Made by a program: the position numbers and the translations under genes
Notes under the pieces: model-generated
The model's input: the letters and a program-made list of their open reading frames with translations, nothing else
The model's database searches: none
What the model was told of the DNA's origin: nothing
Assembly: GCA_964016885.1 (NCBI GenBank)
Contig: OZ024742.1
Location: 230,330,001 to 230,394,000 of the forward strand
Direction: 5' to 3'
DNA: 64,000 nt
Source: Eledone cirrhosa
Lineage: Eukaryota
In this document: in pieces, positions 59,487-64,000 of the stretch
Position numbering within the stretch: position 1 is the stretch's first letter
Layout of the letters: every line of letters begins with the position of its first letter

Positions 59487-61041
59487 ATGCCTCCCAAGAA
59501 AAGACCACGGCTTTGTCGCCAAAATAAAGCTGCTTCTGCTGCCAAACGAAGAGCTACAGATTCGTCTCTCGAGAATTTGACTCGGTTGTCACAAAATGCA
59601 ACTCGAAATGCAATTACCCAGTCAACCGCCTTTCCGGGAACATTCGCCTTTCCAGGAGCATTCGCCTTTCCGGGAATGCATTTCTAACTGCAGTTGCACG
59701 TGCAGCGCAAACTGATGAACAATATTCTCGACGACGAAGCAAAAATGCTGCCTCCACTGCTGCGCGTGCTGGTGAGGACGGAGAACAGCGTTCCAAACGA
59801 CGAGGAAGAGATGCCGCCTCAACTGCTTCGTCATGTGCTGGTGAGGACGAAGGGAGCGTCCCAGACGCCAACGTATGGACGCCGCTTCAACCGCTTCTGT
59901 GCGCGCGTCAGAGACTGCCCAAATTCGATTACACAGAATAAACGCCAATGCACTCCGCAGGAGTGCTCAACGAAGTACTCCGAGGATCAGTTGTACTCAG
60001 TGGTCTCATAAAGCTTTTCACTATGACCCTACAGTTAACTATGCACTGCTGCCAGAAGTTCAGATTGGATCCATGTCCGTCATTTGCCAATCTTGCCGGG
60101 CAAAAAATTGGCTTGGGGAGACTTCAGGGATGTGCCGCTCTGACGGCAAAGTGAAACTGCCTCCTCTACAGGAACCACCACAACCTTTGAAGTCTCTACT
60201 GACCAGTGACACAGCCGAGTCGGAACACTTCCTTCAATGTTCCAGGAGATACAACGCTGCCTTCCAAATGACCTCTTTCGGAGCTAACATCATACGGGAG
60301 GACGGCTTCATGCCTACCTTTAAAGTTCAAGGACAAATTTACTGCAAGATCTGTTCGCGCCTGCCTAGGACAGACCGAGAGCCCCAGTTCCTACAGCTAT
60401 ACTTTTTCACTGACTATTTGGACCAAGCCGAACGTCGCGCTTTAATCTCGCCTGGCACAGAGATGAAAATTCTGTTGGAACTTCAGAGAATGCTGCACGA
60501 AAACAACAACTACATTCGCAGTTTTAAATGCGCATTGGAGGCCGCTCCGGCGCCAAATTTTGCTGTTATAACGACGCTGACAGGAAACCACCAGGCACCC
60601 ACGCCGGCCATTTTAACGCTCCCACGTGCAATGAAATATCTCTGCTTCTTCATGGAGAACAGTAGAACAAGCGGGACATCATACTTCAGTGTAGGGACAA
60701 CACTCTGCAAAGGATCTCAGCGAGACGCATAGGTCCTACGATGCATTCCAATACCCCCTTCTTTACCCATTCGGTGACGACTTTGGAAATCCTTTGGAAA
60801 TCCTTTGTGCAACAGCAACAAAACTGTTTCCTGTATGCAATTCTACGCCTACCGATTCATGGTCCGTGAAGGTTGCTTTAACCACCTCCACCGTGCAAGA
60901 GTACTCTTCAATCAGCTTGCTGTAGACGCGTGCGCAAAGATGGAATCTGAAAGGCTGTGCTACATAAGGAAAAATCAAGCACGCCTTCGTTCGGACAGCT
61001 ACATTCACTTACGGGATGGAGTAACGAATGACGTCGATCCC
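59487..61041 (+). pseudogene. Helitron RepHel N-terminal region
   Basis: MPPKKRPR start; C..C.AK.W.GE..GMC..GKV.LP; RRYNAAFQMTSFGA; FKVQGQIY; PQFLQLYF; FYAYRFMVR..KMESERL.YIR.NQ.RLR; frameshifted. Confidence 0.9.
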
Positions 61042-63679
61042 CAACTTTGAGGCGCAGTTCATGAGGTGGCAGTCCTGAGTGGTCCAAGGAATTGAAGAAT
61101 TCTGTAGTTAAATCGTCAACCTCATCTTTGTCCACAAGTGTGTCCACAGATTTGTAGGTATGGAGGTTTCCAGGAATGCGTTGCAGAAGGTCCTCATTGA
61201 TTTTTGCAACAGAGATATTTTTGGGAGCTAATATGGCTCTATCGCACAGCCAACTCGTGTGTTTTGTAGTTGATGGCCATATCGTGAAAGACAGAGGCTG
61301 TGAGGTCGTCAACAGTGTCGACAATGTTGCCTACTTGCGAGACTGCCTTTTCTCCAGCTGCATCTGAAGGTGCAGTGCCGTCACCAACTGTTAAGAGGTC
61401 CTTTGAGAAGTCGGCTGCTAAGTGGTCGCCGAGCAGTTGGGCTCTCATGTTTGTTGTGAGGGTCAGAATTGTCACTTCCTGCCATAGGAGAAATGACTTA
61501 ATGCAAGCCCCCAAAGTGTCGGCCCTGGTGGCTTTTGGAACAACTGGAAGAGTTTGTCGAAAATCACCAGACAGCAGTAGAGGTACTCCTCCCATCGGCC
61601 GGTTGCATTCCCTGATGTTTCGTATTGTCATGTCTAACGCCTCAAGGGACCCTTTATGGGCCATTGTGCATTCTTCCTACACAATTAGCTGGCATCCTTT
61701 CAACACTTCTGCTTTGTCAGAATGCTTGGTGATATAGCAGGTTATTGTGTCGTCTGAAGTCGCGTTGAATGGTAGTTTAAATGCGGAATGAGCTGTCCTA
61801 CTTCCGGGCAGCAGAGTTGCGGCAATCCCAGAAGAAGCCACAGCTAGGGCGAAGCCACAGCCAGGGCTGTCGCACTTTGGCGAGGAGGAATTTAGTGACG
61901 AATGTGTTACCAGTTCCTCTTGGGATGTCCAAAAAGAAGATACCTCCTGTGCGTTGATGAATGGAAGTGCAAACTGTGTCATACGCCCGCCGTTGATCCT
62001 GCAACAATATCGGCTCGTTTTCGTTGATGAACAGTTCGAGGGAGTCGACGTCGTAGGCAGTTTCCTGAATTATGCCCGTCGGAAGTTTGTCCGAGCCCGT
62101 TCGCTGAACTTTTGGCAGTCCATAGAATGGAACGTCATTTCCACCGGCAGTTAGGATTTTGTCCTCAATGTCAACGAGAGCTTTGTTGAAGAATTCGTCG
62201 CTGAGTCGTACGTCGGAATGAGGGAGTAGCAGTTGTCCTTGGTGTATGTAGTCATCGGAAAGGTCCTCTTTGTATTTCTCCCATAAGGATATAGGGTCGC
62301 TTAGTTCGCCTGTCTGCAGTAGCACCGCAAAGTGTTGCCGAAGACTTCGCGCTGAGCGTATTGTAGCTGCCTCCGCCAACGTGGTATCCCGCTGAGTGCC
62401 ATCTTCCAGTAGACGCTGTCTAAGGCAGGCTGCGCGGAATGAAGTGCAAACCTCTCCGTTGATTGTTTTCAGATCGTCGAAAGATGTCGGTCCTACCACC
62501 TCATGTAGTAGAAGGCGGAGATAAAAGCATTCCTGTTGGTTAGGATGAATGGTGTACACTCTCCCAAGGGTAGTGAGATTTTAATGTCTGGATGTCCCTC
62601 GACGAATTGTCCTTTCACCCTTCGTAACAAAATTCTGTTGCCTGTGTTCCAAGTGTAGTATGATGGCACCTGAGAAGAAGAGGGTCTTGGCGAAGGGATC
62701 GTTTCGGCATAACTTAAAAAATGCCGTAAGTGTGGTGTCCTAGGGTTCCTCTGCTATCTCAGCAGCGGTGGAGGCGGTGAAGTAGACTCTTTAACCATTT
62801 TCAAGGTGGACCGCCAACTGTTTGATTGGAAAAATCGCCAGATGTATCGGCGGACCTGGTATCGACTTACTTCGTCTCGGTTGTTCTCCATTGTAAGACC
62901 AAAGGACACAGCATCGGACCCCTTATTGGTGTACTTGCAGACGTACTTTATTGATTTGACGGAGTGGCAGTATTCAACGTTAATGCGGGTGTCAAACATT
63001 TTAAGCAGAAGTGGGCAGTAGGGTACAATCCACCGGTTGCCGACGTGGTGATGTGGGGTTTTCGCAACAATTCCTCCCTCTGCTGGCTCCTTGCGGCGGT
63101 ATAATGGGTAACCGTCGCCACCTGTCTGAGTTCTCGGAGGAATGGCCTTGGATACCTCTTGGTGCACCTTCTTTCTTTAATACATGGCGAATTCATGTTG
63201 AAACCGTTTCCGTGTGGTCGTGAACCATGTGAGCAGTGACGATGTTGTGGAGTTCTCTGTCCAATTTCGGGTCGGGTATTTCTGCTGAAATAATGCTGTC
63301 TGTCAATGCTGGTTGCGTTGATGTTCGTTATTAGCCAAATGAGTAGGTGGGCGTGTGACAGGCCTCTCTTTTTCCACTCAACGGTGTATACGTAGCACCT
63401 AACAGGTCCAAAGGCCTTACCTGATTGTATGAGTTCAATAAGTTTTGTCAATTTCAAGTGGAAGACTCGTGCCTTAAGGTCGTGTCTGTCTGACGCCCTT
63501 TGTCCGGGGAATAATTCCGCGGTAATTTCAGTCCACATAGGGTTGCAAGTTAAAGTGATAAAGACATCTGGTCTGCGGTAGAGACACACGTAAGTCATAG
63601 CATCCTGTGTGCGTTCACTCAAGTATCGGGGACTCCCAATAAACGTCGATGGAAGGATACAATGTTTTCCAAGTTTCTC
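61042..63679 (-). pseudogene. Inverted Helitron Rep and helicase segment
   Basis: ILPSTFIGSPRY; PDVFITLTCNP.W; VEWKKRGLSHAHLLIW (HUH); FYLRLLL; FFLDIPRGTGNT (decayed Walker A); GDFRQTLPV; LPPHELRLKVG. Confidence 0.93.
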
Positions 63680-64000
63680 TGCAATGGAATACGGTTAGTG
63701 GTAAGAAACCTCCTGCGGCATGTAATTGAAGCTACAATTCGCACGAACTGCGGCGCTGGAGAAAACGTCTTTATACCCAGAATACCATTAACTCCATCAG
63801 GTACGGAATGCCCCTGTACTTCAATCCCCGTTAAACTTTGCTTCGCGATGTCAATCAACAAATCCCAAGGCCAAACGCTAACAACGGCAGGCCTCTATTT
63901 AGGCCAGCCGTGCTTCTCACACGGCCAATTATACGTCGCATGCTCAAGAGTCGGATGCAAGCAGAATTTATTCATACTTGCGCCCAAAGACAGAACAAAA
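63677..64000 (+). pseudogene. Helitron PIF1 helicase C-terminus
   Basis: LCNGIRLVV..VIEATI..GENVFIPRIPL..FAMSINKSQGQTL..FSHGQLYVACSRVG. Confidence 0.92.

Larger units (their letters stand above)
58775..64000 (+). mobile_element. Helitron (degenerate autonomous type), internally inverted, running off the window end
   Basis: A|TC..TATATATAAAA 5' terminus; Rep (HUH) and PIF1 helicase remnants. Confidence 0.93.

Overview
AT-rich, microsatellite-saturated animal DNA. The SINE and repeat repertoire suggests a cephalopod such as an octopus (inference). No host protein-coding exon is recognisable: nearly all listed ORFs are (TA)n/(CA)n/(GA)n read-throughs or transposon relics. Recognisable relics are a Helitron with an internal inversion (58.8-64 kb), a Naiad-type Penelope-like element (PLE, 25.7-28.8 kb), RTE, Tx1/L1 and CRE-like LINE fragments, two Tc1/mariner fragments and two tRNA-derived SINE families. 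The main hidden signal, found by manual folding, is a dense set of type I hammerhead ribozyme (HHR) motifs (helix I-CUGANGA-helix II-GAAA-short palindromic helix III-UH-helix I). They lie in three non-coding, retrozyme-like repeat units (466, 591 and about 469 bp), in the PLE terminal repeat, and in many short fold-back insertions in (TA)n tracts whose inversion points cluster at the ribozyme. One family carries a compensatory U3:A8 core, several have non-canonical U-U or A-A closure of helix II, and each family has its own helix III palindrome. Activity is untested, and all folds and family assignments are by eye.
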